DNA of 63,365 nt, filler included, from Folioceros fuciformis (taxonomy: Eukaryota), in assembly GCA_049999805.1 (NCBI GenBank). It is 7 parts of 7 records of this genome, joined end to end, with 100 filler letters (N's around TTAATTAATTAA, not from the genome) between each part and the next. Parts side by side here need not be neighbours in the genome. Positions count along the whole stretch, not along the records: positions 1 to 20,942 come from JBNGIO010006073.1; positions 21,043 to 31,103 come from JBNGIO010006074.1; 5 more parts are not named here. One strand, given 5' to 3'. Every line of letters begins with the position of its first letter. The stretch's first letter is position 1. Below, in pieces: positions 13,303-25,799 of the stretch. Made by a program: the position numbers and the translations under genes. A model generated the notes under the pieces. It was not told the origin of the DNA. It saw only the letters and a program-made list of their open reading frames with translations, and made no database searches.

Positions 13303-15131
13303 ATGCCTGCGCTCGTAGTCGTGCTCAGCGCGTGTGCCTCACCGTCCTGTGCCCAGGGCATCGGCCAAGTGGACAACGTTATCACCCGGTGGAATGCGGT
13401 GAACCAGCAGGTACCGGAAACATCACTTCCAGCAATGCAGAATGTAATCGATCCGCAGCGCCTGCTGACTGCACATTGCCAATGCTTTGCAGGTGACGAG
13501 AACCGTGGGAATCCCAAACCAGATCGCGGCGAGCATCTTCTCCCTGCTGCACCTCTCCCAGTACATGGCCTTGCAGCGGGCTTACAAGAAGGGTGTCCCA
13601 CACCCGGAAGCAGCTGCTGCCTATGCTGCGCACTACGTTCTCTCTGAGTGAGAACTGCTGCAAGCTCCTCAAGAGAGACGTCACATTTGATTGGAAACTA
13701 AAATTCTGGTGGATTGTGCAGGATCTTCCCAGCGCAGCAGTCCCAAATGTTCGACAGCCTCCTCGCCGAAGAGATCTATCCGTTGAATCTCTCCGGCGTA
13801 CAGGATAGCCAGATCTCCGCCATCGGCCTGGCATTCCCTAAAGCGCTGCTGAAATTAAGGTGTTTGGATTTCCATCCTGCGCAAGTTTTTTGTCCCTGCA
13901 AACTGCTCAGACCACGTCGCACAACATAACACGGTAAGTGCATGACTGGCGCCTGGCACTGCCTTCGTCCAGGACCGCCGACGGCAGCCAGAATTGGTAC
14001 AAGTTCAAAGTAGCGCCCCCCGGCAGCCCCCCTGGACAGTACCAGTACACCCCGAACCAGACATTCGTGGTCTACCCGCAGCTGAAGGACACCAGGCCAT
14101 TTGTAAGCAAGACGGTGAAGGCAGACGACATCTACGGCGGGCCGCCAAAGATTCCAAGCGCCCGCTACAACGCCGACTACGACATGGTGGCCGAAGTAGG
14201 CGACGCCAGCGCTCCCACGCACACGCTGGCGGAGTCAGAAACAGCCTGGTTCTGGGAAGACGGTGCTGGTGATGGCACGCATCCACCGATCCAATTGCCG
14301 CCAGGATCTGGACTTCAATTCCTTGTTTGAATTTCTGTCTCTGCTGCCTTGCTGTGCTTGCAGGCACCGCGCAGCTGGCCAGCCACCTGTTTAACGTGAG
14401 CATCGCAGCCGTGGGGAAGAACCTCACGGTGAATGAGACGGCGAAGCCGTTCGCCAATTTGGCGGTGGCCAACTTCGAGGCGCACATCGCCGTCTGGTAC
14501 CAGAAGTACAAGTACCTCTTTTGGCGGCCGGTGACGGCGTTCTGGCAGGGCGATTCCAGCCACGAGCCGCGGCTTGAATTCCGATCCGCCATTAATCCGC
14601 CGGCGGAGCCCGAGTACCCGAGCGGCCATGGCGCGTCCGGGGGAGCATACGCGGCCATAGTGTCGGCATTTCTAGGCAAGGCGCCCGAGGAGGCGGTCCC
14701 AAACGGGCCGTATGTAGTCGCCACCGAGTCGCCCCACAACCTCCCCCCGCGTACTTTCACAACTATCGACGAGCCGGCAAAGCAGATTCCTCTCAGCCGG
14801 TACGATGCGAAATGCTATTTCCCTCTGCCCTGAACCAACATATCCTGTCACAAGCTAAGGAACCGCCCTGCTGCCCGTCTCGCAGGGTTTATGGAGGAAT
14901 TCATTTTCCCAATTCCGCTGAAGTCGGCTATAAGGTCGGATTTGCGGTAAGTTCTAGCACCTCTATCTGTTCTCGGATTTGGTGTACGTTATACCACCTC
15001 GATCTGTTCTTGCAGTCGTTGCATTCACTTCCACATGATGTTTATTCGATCACAACAAACAACACCACGTTCTTGTACAGGTTGGCAAGTACACCTGGGC
15101 ACACTTGGAGAAACTTTTTGGGACTTTGTGA
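13303..15131 (+). CDS. Secreted vanadium-dependent haloperoxidase-like / PAP2-superfamily protein, about 414 aa, 7 exons
   Basis: Manual splice model 13303-13410, 13493-13647, 13722-13859, 13973-14268, 14364-14799, 14886-14946, 15081-15131 is all GT-AG, phase-consistent and totals 1245 nt. It has a hydrophobic N-terminus and the motifs KYKYLFWRP, EYPSGH and SRVYGGIHF. A small extra 5' exon from ATG 13193 is possible. Confidence 0.88.
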
Positions 15132-15496
15132 TGGACCAGATCCTGATATATGTTGTTAAAATCATCAAATGCACATAGGGCTACATGTAGCCACTTCTAA
15201 AGTTTTTGGGGCATTGTGAAACTCAGTTCTTGAGATCTGTTGTTAGAATCATCGGATATACACAGGCTTTCACGTCGCCCCTTTCACAATCTTGGGATGT
15301 GCAAGTAAGGATAGTGCAAGTGAGTTCGTATCCATAACAACACTTACGGTCGCCACAATGTCATAGCCAAGAGCCCGTGACGGATCGCCCCAGGAGCTCC
15401 GATCCGTTCCACTGAAAAATCGCCCGACTGAATGACAAAAACTGCAGCTCTTGTTTCAGCCACAGCAAACGAAAATTAAATCTACGTACACAACGC

Positions 15497-18400
15497 CTAT
15501 TTCCATTTCTCTGTTAGGTCCTTCCTTTCCGACCAAATCCAGGTAACTGCAATTCCAACAAGCAATGCTACAATAGTTATCAGGAGAAGTGCATAGCTAA
15601 ACTCCTCGGTCAAAGAATCGTAGGTCTTAGACGGTGCCGTCCTGGTGTAGAAAACGTCCAAACCATAGGCAAAGACCAGTGACGTCGACTCAAGACCAGC
15701 TGGAAATGTTACAATCCCTCTCAAGCCCTCTACTTGGTGAACATGTGTCAGATACGCCTGCAAAATAACACGTGTGACTGACCCGAATGAGACTCTGTCC
15801 AGCAATGCGTCTTAAACTCAGCTGTCACAACAAATGATCATGGTATATGATAAAGGGGGCTTATTTCTTCTACCTGGGGGAAAATGGGGAGAACATCTGT
15901 GTGCGGGATAATGCCCTCCTCCTTTTCAGCGGCGGTTGGGTTCAGCGTTCTTCGAGGATCCAACAAACGTTTATCTAGAGCTAGCACCTGCAATCATAGT
16001 CAGCAATCAAGAGGATGATCAGACCAAGTTCAGCCACTTTATGTCGGTGTATACACGCTTTGATTTTGAAACATACAAACCTGATCTGTGACGGTGCCCA
16101 CAAGAACTTGCTTCGATGTTATACCACGGGCAGTGTCTGTAACTGTCATGGCCTTGACCGTGTACGTGAAGAAATAGCTCTGACTTTTCACCTCAAGACC
16201 AGGGTTTGAGAAAGAAGACACAGCACTAGATACATTATGCCTTCCAAGGATCAGAGGTAGCAAACCCATGTCTCCCTGCGTCCGCACGTTTAAACTTGTG
16301 AAGATTTCAAAGCAAGTGGGCAGTTAGGTGGACTAAGCACGCCCTCAAGGTCCACTAAATGCATCAAGTCCCTTACCAGTCGTGATTTCTCATAGACTTC
16401 CAGCACCGACATCTCATAGCGACTTGTTCTCAGGTTGAAAGCATTGAAAACTATCCAGTTCTCACGAAATACCTGTTCAAACACAGGAGACCTGTGAGCG
16501 GAAGTTGCAATTCGCAGCAGGCAACACGCTTGACACACTACCTTCCACGCAGGAGCATTGATTGGGCCTTTCCAGACATTACCGCATGGACAGGGCCGAT
16601 TAAATGATGATATGTGACGCGATGGATGATCCGTCCTGTGACAGTATCAATTAGGTAGGCTACGACCCAGTTCTTGTCTGGTGTCACAGCTCCCAGGGAC
16701 CCAGGGCTGTGAGGTGCAACCGTGGTGACAAAGACTGTATTCTTATTTAGATACTTGTACAAGACATCCCGATCACTTAGCACCTTTGTCTGGGTGTGAA
16801 CTATCTGGACGAAGTACACAGCACACAAGCTGTTAGGAAATTGTGTGACGGGGACCTGCAGAAAGAAGTACAGAAATAGGAACACACAATACCTCATCCA
16901 GTTTTCTCGAAACAACCGTTGATATCGTTTCCGTCTCTGAAGGAAACACAACTGTCCACAGCTTCTCTGAATCAAATACTGGCGCCTCACTTGTATCCAA
17001 CACAGATCGGACGCCTTTTCTCACAGAAAACCCAGTGATCGCACCCTTCTCTTGGTCCACCACATAGTGATAAGTGTCATGGACACGATTCTGAAAGAGG
17101 TCAAGGCTCTCCTGGGAAGAGGGTAACAAATGTGCCTTCAGATGATTATCGATTAAGAGGTGCAGGCGTTGCTCTGACCTATCTGTAACTGGAAGAGGAA
17201 TAATCTGCTTAACAGGGTAGCTTAAGCGCAAATGCCTCAGTTCAACTCCTAAGCGGACATCCACCCACGACAAGACACCAGGAGCATCTGTAGATGGACC
17301 CAACTTGGCTAGAACTAGCACCACAGGGTTCTCATCCAGGGCATGCTGGTGAGGTATCTGCCAAGGCACAAAGGTCACAGGTATAGCATAGCTCCCATCA
17401 TCATGGCTTCTAAACGCTGGTAATAGAATAGACCAAACGATATGCCCATCCCCACTGTGCAAGGCAAGCAATTTCCCTGCCTTCGTCAACACGATGAGAA
17501 GCTTGCGGAACCCATTGTGGTCTCTTGTCATCTTTGTTTTGTCTGCACTGTGCAGTTGCAATGCCTTCAATGCTTCCCTGTCTTCAGGGGTAGCAAACAT
17601 GAGTGTCGCCTTGAGCTTCAGCCAATGTCCCTGTTCAGATATCACAAATTTCAATGCGAACAAGACCACACGGAAAAGGGCATACCACGGAAAAGCACAA
17701 AGTGAAACATCTCTCACCTTCAGCCACTCAACAAGTCCATGTTCAACTTCCGAAACTGAGACCCCCTCAAGCTCAGGTGGCAAGTCAGCAGTTTTTGTAT
17801 CAAGGATAGCTCCAAGGCCATCTTCCCTCACCCATACAACCTCCCCTTGCTGGAGAAGTGACAAAGAGCTGTCCTCGCCGACAACCAGAGCCCTAAATCC
17901 ATGGGATCGGTCTACCCGGGTGTATGAATTCAGAAAAATCAGACGCATAGATCCCCTGTGGCAAGGCAGGGACAAGGCATCTTTGGCAAGTTCATCCTTA
18001 AACTCAGAAGCTTCTACAACCCGGAAAGAGAAGTCCTGGTGGGTGCTGTTGACGCTCTCACTCTGGAATATTGCAACCGCATGCTTATGATCAATAAATC
18101 TCAAACTCTCACTTATGCCACCCGGTTGTCTGATTGTTTGCACGGCATGAAACTTCTCATCTGCCCCATGCTTCAAAATCAAAATCTTGCTTTTGATTCT
18201 CAAAGCGAATGCACCTTCAATCCGCAGTGGTAGAAGCACTGCATGGCTTGACGTAGATGCAAATAGGCTTCCCACTGCAGTTTGAGTCAGTTTTTCATGT
18301 TGATCACCAGCAAGGCTAGCGGTCAAGATGGTGGAGCCTTCGGAATTGATGGCCACAACCACATCGTTGTTGAGCACCACTGCTTCAGTTGACAGAATTC

Positions 18401-19570
18401 CAGAGAAGTGAAACCGTTTGGTATGGATGACCTTCCCTGTCAAGAGATCCACAACAGCTACAGCTAACTCTGAGGTTCCGACAAAGCCAGCCGCAATGAC
18501 TCCCGTTTTATCATTTGAGAGCTGTAGGAGTCGAATGTTGACGTCCCCACTGAGGATAGCCACCATCACGTCAATGGGCAGTCATGTCCTCGCAAAAGGT
18601 GTAAATCAACATCCAGCAGCTCAACATGGTCCAGGTAATTTCTCCTACTCACCCAAAACTTGGGAAATCGGCCTTCCACACCGTTCTCCCATCAAGAACG
18701 GAAATTGCAGAAATAGAACTACCCGATGCCACAAATATGACCTGGACCTTATGATTGTTAATGTCAACCTGCACGACATCCAGAAAACTTGAGTTTTCCG
18801 TCCAAGATTCGCGTTTGAGTCACAAAGCTATAAATCCAACTGCAGCTCCTTACGTCTGGCACCAACAAGATGGGCGGAATGTTTGAGAAAGGAACAATAG
18901 CCTCCCACAGAAGGCCTCCATCATTTTCATTCCAGGCTCTTACGCTACTCCCACCCGACAAGGAGATGATGCCTGCAACGAGGTAGATACCCTAAGTATC
19001 AGATTCTCAGGATTAACCTCAAGTAGCATCAAACTAAACAACACAGCAGATACGAATCAACTCCAGCCTTACACTTCTTATGCGCATACTCCAGAGCGTC
19101 AATGTGATCATTTACACCCAACACCTTCCTCCAAACTGCTCATCACATCCACACGAGGGAGACGGCAAGATCACAACCAGACTGAAGAATGAACACTCTA
19201 AAAGACGCACCATATGAATTCCCCAACACAATCTCGTACGGATCTCTCCGGTGCGGAGATTCAAGGATGCTACTGCATGCTCCTCGGTTGCCACGAACAC
19301 CCGCCTAACACCTGTGCTCCGTGTTGAAAATGCAGCATGCGTCACCCTCCCGAGGTACTGCTGGTGCCTGCATCTCCCAACCAAGAGCCATCTCCTATCA
19401 ATACCACGCCTGAAATCCACCAACTCTTGCGCCACCACAAGCGGCAGCTGGCAGAATTACCAATCCCATTGTCCGACTTGATCTTCATACAGCGCTTCGC
19501 AGGGCACCAGCAGTGCCACCAAGACAAACACGAACAACATCCCTGGCCTGACGCCCACAGTGCCAGGCAT
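15497..19570 (-). CDS. EMC1: ER membrane protein complex subunit 1, multi-exon
   Basis: Signal peptide then ALYEDQVGQWDW; later WVREDGL, RDHNGFRKL, VLYKYLNKN, YLIDTVTGRI, ENWIV, LESTSLVFAYGLDVFYTRTAPSKTYDSL; C-terminal TM helix and DLTEKWK*. Confidence 0.95.
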
Positions 19571-19799
19571 CGATGTTGCCTTTGTCCCGGAACGCCTTAG
19601 ACCACAGCTCATGGACGACACAGGCACCATGCCAGGAAGTCCCTTGCCAAGACTGTAGGTCTGAACCTAACCCTAGAGTTAATTTTTTTCTCGGTAAATT
19701 ACCACGATTCTCAGCGCCGATCATGAGGTTACTAAGGCATTTCGGCATCTTAGTCGGTTCTGATTGTCAGGCTGCTAAGCTACCTACAAGTCCAAACCT

Positions 19800-20075
19800 C
19801 TGTAAGTGACATCACATAATTTGGCAAGCTCATCTAGTAACGGCTCCATATATATGTCCATGTTTTCATGAGGTTTGGGATTATGAGGGGAAGTAGTGCA
19901 TTCTTTGTCTTTGTGGCAAGCCATGGCAATGGATTGCAAAAAACTACCGCAAGGGCTACATAGAATATGCACTTGATGGATATCCATCTTGACTTCATTG
20001 GTTGAGAGTGAGAAGGGAGTGTTCTTATTCTTCCTATGAACTTACCAACCCCTCCAATTGGACCAATACCCATGC
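19800..20075 (-). mobile_element. CACTA/EnSpm (Transposase_21-like) remnant
   Basis: LIIP..PKPHENMDIYMEPLLDELAKL resembles the conserved IDVYLEPLIDEL block of TNP2 transposases. Heavily degraded. Confidence 0.55.
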
Positions 20076-20942
20076 TAGAGTATTCGGCACTTTAACATCC
20101 GGTCAAGCTTTCGGGTGGTTGGAACAATGCAAGCTGGATGAGAACGAAGGGAGCTGATTACCCATTTTCTTGGGGATAGGGAATGAATCGACATCTTGAA
20201 GTGATACGCCAATGTCAGAGCCATCAGCAGTTCGGAATTGTGCTAACACAATTCTCACTACTGTGCTTATGAACCATGTTTGGTTGTCTACAAGCTTCAT
20301 CAAAGCAAGATGCATTCCTCACTAAAAAATAAAACAAGATCTTCCTTCTCATAGGAGCATTGCACTTTTTCCTCTCTTGTGCTATGAGTTGCAAATGACC
20401 TCTCTTGTGCTATGAGTTGCAAATGACTAGGATTTGTTACATGGAAGTAGGGTTTTGAGCAAAACAAGGTATTTTGTGCTGCTAAGTGAGCAGCTTTAGA
20501 TGTACATGCAAGAGAGATGTGGTTGTAAGTGCCTTTTGGTATCCTAGAAGGGCAACCTTCTTCTTAGTTCTAGATAGGGTGAGCCTCAATGTAGAAGGGG
20601 AGCCACACTCTATAAGGGGAGGATATCACGCTGTCTGTCTTTAGACTCGAAGGCTCAGTATTGATCTGTTCACTCCCGGCGGACAAAGCTTGTTTAGAAA
20701 TGCCATCCAGATTTTATTAGTACTTCTTAGTTCTGCCAGACAGTACTCTGGAAAGGCTGATAGATGAAAGGCTCATGCAACTGCGAACTTCCGTAGATAC
20801 ACAAGTTGTATGCTGTACGCGCCGTAGGTTCTAATTTGTAGGACGCGTCTTGCCTCGTACATACTACGGCGGGCACGCCTGCCTTATCATCCTACGCCAT
20901 CTCTATGAGTGGATTGAACGTGGCCTCTGGGGCGACGGTGAA

Positions 20943-21042
20943 NNNNNNNNNNNNNNNNNNNNNNNNNNNNNNNNNNNNNNNNNNNNTTAATTAATTAANN
21001 NNNNNNNNNNNNNNNNNNNNNNNNNNNNNNNNNNNNNNNNNN
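20943..21042. other. Assembly join 44N-TTAATTAATTAA-44N (also at 31104, 48624, 52049, 59815, 61990)
   Basis: Identical six-frame stop linker centred in 100-bp gaps; artificial. Confidence 0.95.
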
Positions 21043-21378
21043 GGAGCTGCCGGAGTACTGGCTCAGCGTGGTGAAGGACACAGTGAACTCCTCCAGAAAG
21101 GTCTGGCTGCCCGGGGTATTAGAGTTGGCCACGAACAAGCCCCGCGCCTTGCCCAGGAGGGTGCTGTCCACGGTGGCCCCGCCGGTGATAGGGTACTCAA
21201 AGACGGTACCCTGGCCGAAGTTCGACACTGTGTCCCCGCCCTCGAGGACCGATCCGAACACCGGCGTGGAGTCCGTGAAGTGCATCCAGAATCCCACCAC
21301 GTACTTGGTGGCCGCAGCTTCGCTTGCCAGCGCCAGAAACAGCAACACCGCCAGGATTTGCCCCTCCATCCTCGCCAT
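21043..21378 (-). CDS. Dirigent-like protein (5' part; runs into gap)
   Basis: Signal peptide, then FWMH, NFGQGTVFEYPITGG...STLLGKARGLFV...FTVSF, typical of dirigent domains. A possible C-terminus FTVAPEATFNPLIEMA* lies at 20892-20942 across the linker gap (unverified). Confidence 0.8.
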
Positions 21379-21576
21379 CACTGTGCTCCGAAGACGAAAG
21401 CTCACCAAAGCTCTCCTCCTCCCCATACTCAGGCTTCCCTTTTCTCACACACAATAATGCGCCAATAATTCATCCGCCACCGTCGTGCTGCGTATACGGT
21501 TACCTCACATCTCGCCATTTTGAAGAAATTTTATTCAATATAAAAATCATTCTCCTAACTTGAGGGAACCAAGTGT

Positions 21577-23860
21577 TTGGCAAGGGCACTCGCGAGTCGT
21601 GGCACCTCGGTAAGTGAGCTAGCAGGATGTCCTGGCTGGAGTACGCGGAGCCAGGATGTCCTCCGGTTAAACGAATTCCACCAGCCAGCTTGGGCGAATG
21701 CTTCAGCTGTTGATATGCGCAAGCGGGGGATGGGTTGTTGTGTTGCACGTGACGATGGTGGCGTTTCTCTTGAATGCGTGAGTAGGCTCTGTCATGATGG
21801 CGATCTCCGTCCGGCCGTCCAGACTCTGGAATCCTGGAGGCGTGTGTAAGTGTGAGGACTCAGGCGTTGGAGAAGGAGAACCATCTTCACGCACAGCTCA
21901 GGGAACGGGGGTATGAATCTGAGGTTACTGTAGCCAACATTTTGGTGAGTATGTATGCAAAGTGTTGCAGCTTAGAGGATGCCCAGACAGTTTTCAATGG
22001 GCTTGGTCGGAAGGATGTGGTGACATGGAATGCCATGATAGCAGGGTATTCCCAGCAGGGCATGGGTCGCGAGGCGCTTCATCTCTACAGGGCTATGCCA
22101 GAAGAGGGCAGGTCTGTGCCTGATTCCATGATATTTGTTTGCCTCTTGCAGGCATGTGCAAGTTTGGGCTCTGCAGGCCTGGAGAAGGGGAAGCAGCTGC
22201 ATGAGGATATTCGGGAACGCGCACTTGAAGCTCATGTATTTCTGGGCAGCACTCTTGTGAACATGTATGCAAATTGTAGAAGTCTGGAAGAAGCTCAGGG
22301 AGTCTTTGACAGACGTGCTCAAAAAGAAAGTGGTGACCTGGAATGCGTTGTAGCAGGGTACTCCCAGCATGGTATGGGGCAGGAAGCCCTTTAGCTCTAC
22401 AGTGTTATGCAACGACAAGGCATGGCTGCACCCAATTCTGTGACGTTTGTGTGCCTCCTGCATGCAGGTGCAAGTATGGGTACCCAGGCATTGAAGAAGG
22501 GGAGAAGTCTCCATGCACAGATTAGAGAACGAGAGCTCAAAGGTGATGATGGTGTGGCCAACAGTTTGATGAACATGTAATCAAACTGTGGCAGCGTGGA
22601 AAATGCACAGAGTGGATGCACTTTGTCGTACTTGTTCACAAAGATGTGGTCACCTGGCCTGCCATGATAGCAGGGTATTGTCTGCAGGGCTTAGGCCAGG
22701 AAGCATTTTCTCTGTGCAGTGCAATGCAGGAAGAAGGCATGGTTGTGCCCAGCGCAGTGACATTTGTGTCCCTTCTGCAGGCATGTGAAAGTGTGGGCAA
22801 CCCAGCGTTGCAGCAGGGAAAACACCAGCATGCACATATAAGAAAACGAGGACACGAAGCTGATGTGTATGTAGCCGCAGCTTGGCGAACATGACTGCAA
22901 AGTGTGGAAGCTTGGAAGATGCTCAGGAAATGTTTGACAGACTTGACGAAAAAAATGTGGGGGCCTGGACTGCTATGATAGCAGGGTATTTCCAGAAGGG
23001 CATGGGCCAGGAAGCCCTTCACGTCTACCGTTCTATGCAGGAAGATGGCATGCCTGTACCCAATTTGTCTGCCTCCTGCTGGCATGTGCAATCGTGGCAG
23101 CTTTGCATTTGGCAAGGCAGCTTCATGCGCAGATAGTAGAACTAGGGCTTGACGGTGACTCGTGTATAGCGAGCAGTTTGATTAGCATGTACGGAAAGTG
23201 CTGGAGCATGGGCGATGCACAGAAGGTGTTGGATGAATTGCCTGAGAGGAATGTCATCACCTGGAGTGCACCGATTGCAGACTACAGTGCCCAAGGAGAG
23301 AGTGAAGTGGTGTTGGACTTTGTCTACAGAATGAGAGAGGATTCCATACAACCAAATGGGATCACTTTCCTGAGTGTGCTGACGGTGTGCAGTCGTGCTG
23401 GTCTAGTGATGAAGGCGTGGGAGTTCTTTGGGGCCATGAGTAGAGACTATGTCTTCGCTCCCACGGCAGACCACTACGTATGCATGGTGGATGTCGTGGG
23501 CCGTGCAGGTCAGCTGGATGAGGCACTAGCTTGGGTGAGATCCATGCCTGTACCGCCCTCTGCTGCAGTTTGGCACACTCTATTGGGTGCTCGTCGAAAA
23601 TAGGGCTATGTCGAGGTGGAGCTTCTTGCTTTCTACCAATCAGTGAAGCTAGAGGTGAACGATGCTGCAACATACGTTTTGATGTACGACATCTACACAG
23701 CTGTCCAGATGTGGAATCACGCTGAGGAGATGCGGGCGAGGAGGAAAAGGATTGGGAGCGTGGGACCAGCCAGGTCAGGCCTGGCGGACAGACAAGGAGG
23801 GTGTGGTGCGTAGCTTTTTGGTTGGGGATGAGAAGCATGATTTCGACAAGATCCAGCACG
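21577..23860 (+). pseudogene. PLS-class pentatricopeptide repeat (PPR) pseudogene with E domain
   Basis: Repeated LVSMYAKC.SLEDA..VF...DVVTWNAMIAGY.Q.G...EAL units, HYVCMVDVVGRAGQLDEA, and an E-domain remnant ending SFLVGDEKH. Several stops and frameshifts. Confidence 0.92.
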
Positions 23861-24693
23861 TCTGAAACAGGTACATATTTTGCAGAACCTAGAGAGATGA
23901 TTTTATGGTAAGCCAGGCATATGATACGGGTGAGACGTACTTGTTTGCAACTTACTGGAAAAAGAAGAGTTACACGCGTATTGATTTAGGTGGACATGTT
24001 ACCAGTGGATCCCGGGAACAGAACCCTAGCAAACATATAGAACCCTAACAAGGTTCGTAGAGAACATGTTTCCCGAAGGTGCGGGAAGCGTTCAGTGCAC
24101 ATTGCAAGGAGCGCACTGATGTAGGCTCGTCTTTCATCATGGAGTGGAAACAGTGGGAGAGAAAATGCCTTCACTCGTATTATACGTATGCAGGATTGAT
24201 ACACGAAAGCCCTGAAAACGTGCCGGGGAGACTTTTGCATCAGCGTGAACGGAGGAGGCGAGAAAGGGGTGGAGCCGGGGGAGGAATTGGGGGTGGAGGA
24301 GAATATCCTGATGAGGCTTTCACATCGAAGTCGACAAGACTGACTGCGCTGTCCGCATTGACTTCCGAAAAGAAGGCTCAAGCGTCTCACTGCGCCTTTC
24401 GTAGCGTTGTGTGCCCGTAAATAGCCTCACATTCAGCAGGGTGCGGGCCTTACATATCCCGGGATCTTAAACTCCAGGAATTTCCCCCGACATTGGCGGC
24501 CGCGGCCACCCGTGGCCGCGTTTACGCGTGGTGCGCCTACCCTCGGTTTTCTATTCCCAGTGCCGTTCTGCCCCCTCGTCTCCCCTCAAGTACATACATG
24601 TCTTTGCCTTTGGCCTCGACGCTTCCTCTCGGTTAGGTCGGTCTTTGCCTCCTGGCCTCGGCTCATGCTAAATCTTCGGACAACGCTTTCCAA

Positions 24694-25135
24694 GCACGTA
24701 AGCCCCACCACATGCCATCACGTAAGCCCCACCACATGCCATCCACCTTGCCCATGCTCCATGCATACCATGAGGCCACCCTGTATTCTGTACCTTGTAT
24801 ATTTATTGAATACCATATCTCAAACTCGGTGGCAATGTTTCGAAAACTTTCGTCGCTCGCGTTCCTCATGCTTAAGCCTCGAAAGCTAGGAGCTGGACTG
24901 TAGTTTGCACGAGCCTCAACTTTGTGCACGAGCCTCAACGTTTTGCACGAGCCTCAACTTTAGCAGCTTGGAGCTGAACTAAATTGTATTTTGCACGCAC
25001 CTCAACTTTAGCTGCTTGGAGCTGAACTATAATTTGCAAGTAGAGCTCGAGCTGGACTGTAATTTGCAGGCGCTAGGGCTAGAGCTGGACTATAATTTGT
25101 AGGCACTGGAGCTGGAGTTGGAGCTGAACTTTAAT
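24694..25135. repeat. Cluster of short tandem repeats upstream of the MULE-like transposase
   Basis: cacgtaagccccaccacatgccat x2, tgcacgagcctcaac x3, and several ggagctg(g/a)act...aatttg units. Confidence 0.75.
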
Positions 25136-25799
25136 GATTTATAACTACCTGCTACTGTAGCATTTGGCTGTGCCCGCTATCCAGCCATTGTTATACCTCC
25201 ACAATCATGAAAACAAGTAAGAGTGCGTGGACGCTCAGGTTTGGAATTTGCATCGGAGTTTATTATGGTTGACTTCAATTGAAGTCATGCTTGTGCCAAA
25301 GTATGATTATCAACATTGAAACAAACCAAGGTGTTGGTTCAGTGATTGTAGTTCATCATAGTGGAGATTGAGCCCTCCCAGCAAACCATTGTGCACACTC
25401 ACCCTTGCAGCAGACAATTATATTGTCCTCTTATACTACAATCTATCATTGCCTTCCTAATGTTTGAGGTATTTTGTTGCTGACATGAACGATCTCTTTC
25501 TCTCTTATTATTTTTGTTCTTATGAATTCATTGTTGCTCAACTCAGAGGTCATGAGTTGGTGATTTCAAACGTAGCTATGTGCTAACTTTCATTTTCAGG
25601 AATTCCAGGCATCAAGTCACAGCCCAAGAAAGGCCAGCTTGGACTCGGATGTTGCACTTGAGGGTTGCCCCTTTCTCATCCCATATCAACCACCTGGTTC
25701 ATTTGGGAAAGAGTCATTTAAGTACTCATACTGTTTACTAGAAAATGGCTTGCATTAAGTAGACCACTAGAAAGCTCCCTTTCAAACTCTAGCGCTGCA

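Noticed and set aside
14005-14760. 251-aa minus-strand ORF and similar shadow ORFs opposite real genes or TEs (e.g. 17494-18090, 33605-34258, 58242-58865)
   Set aside because: Antisense shadows of coding sequence with no recognisable motifs.
13303-15131. Bacterial or fungal contamination as the source of the haloperoxidase-like gene
   Set aside because: It has six GT-AG introns and is contiguous without gaps with plant-type EMC1 and a plant Harbinger element.
20987-20998. Recurrent TTAATTAATTAA motif
   Set aside because: Always centred in 44N+44N gaps; it is an artificial six-frame stop linker, not biology.
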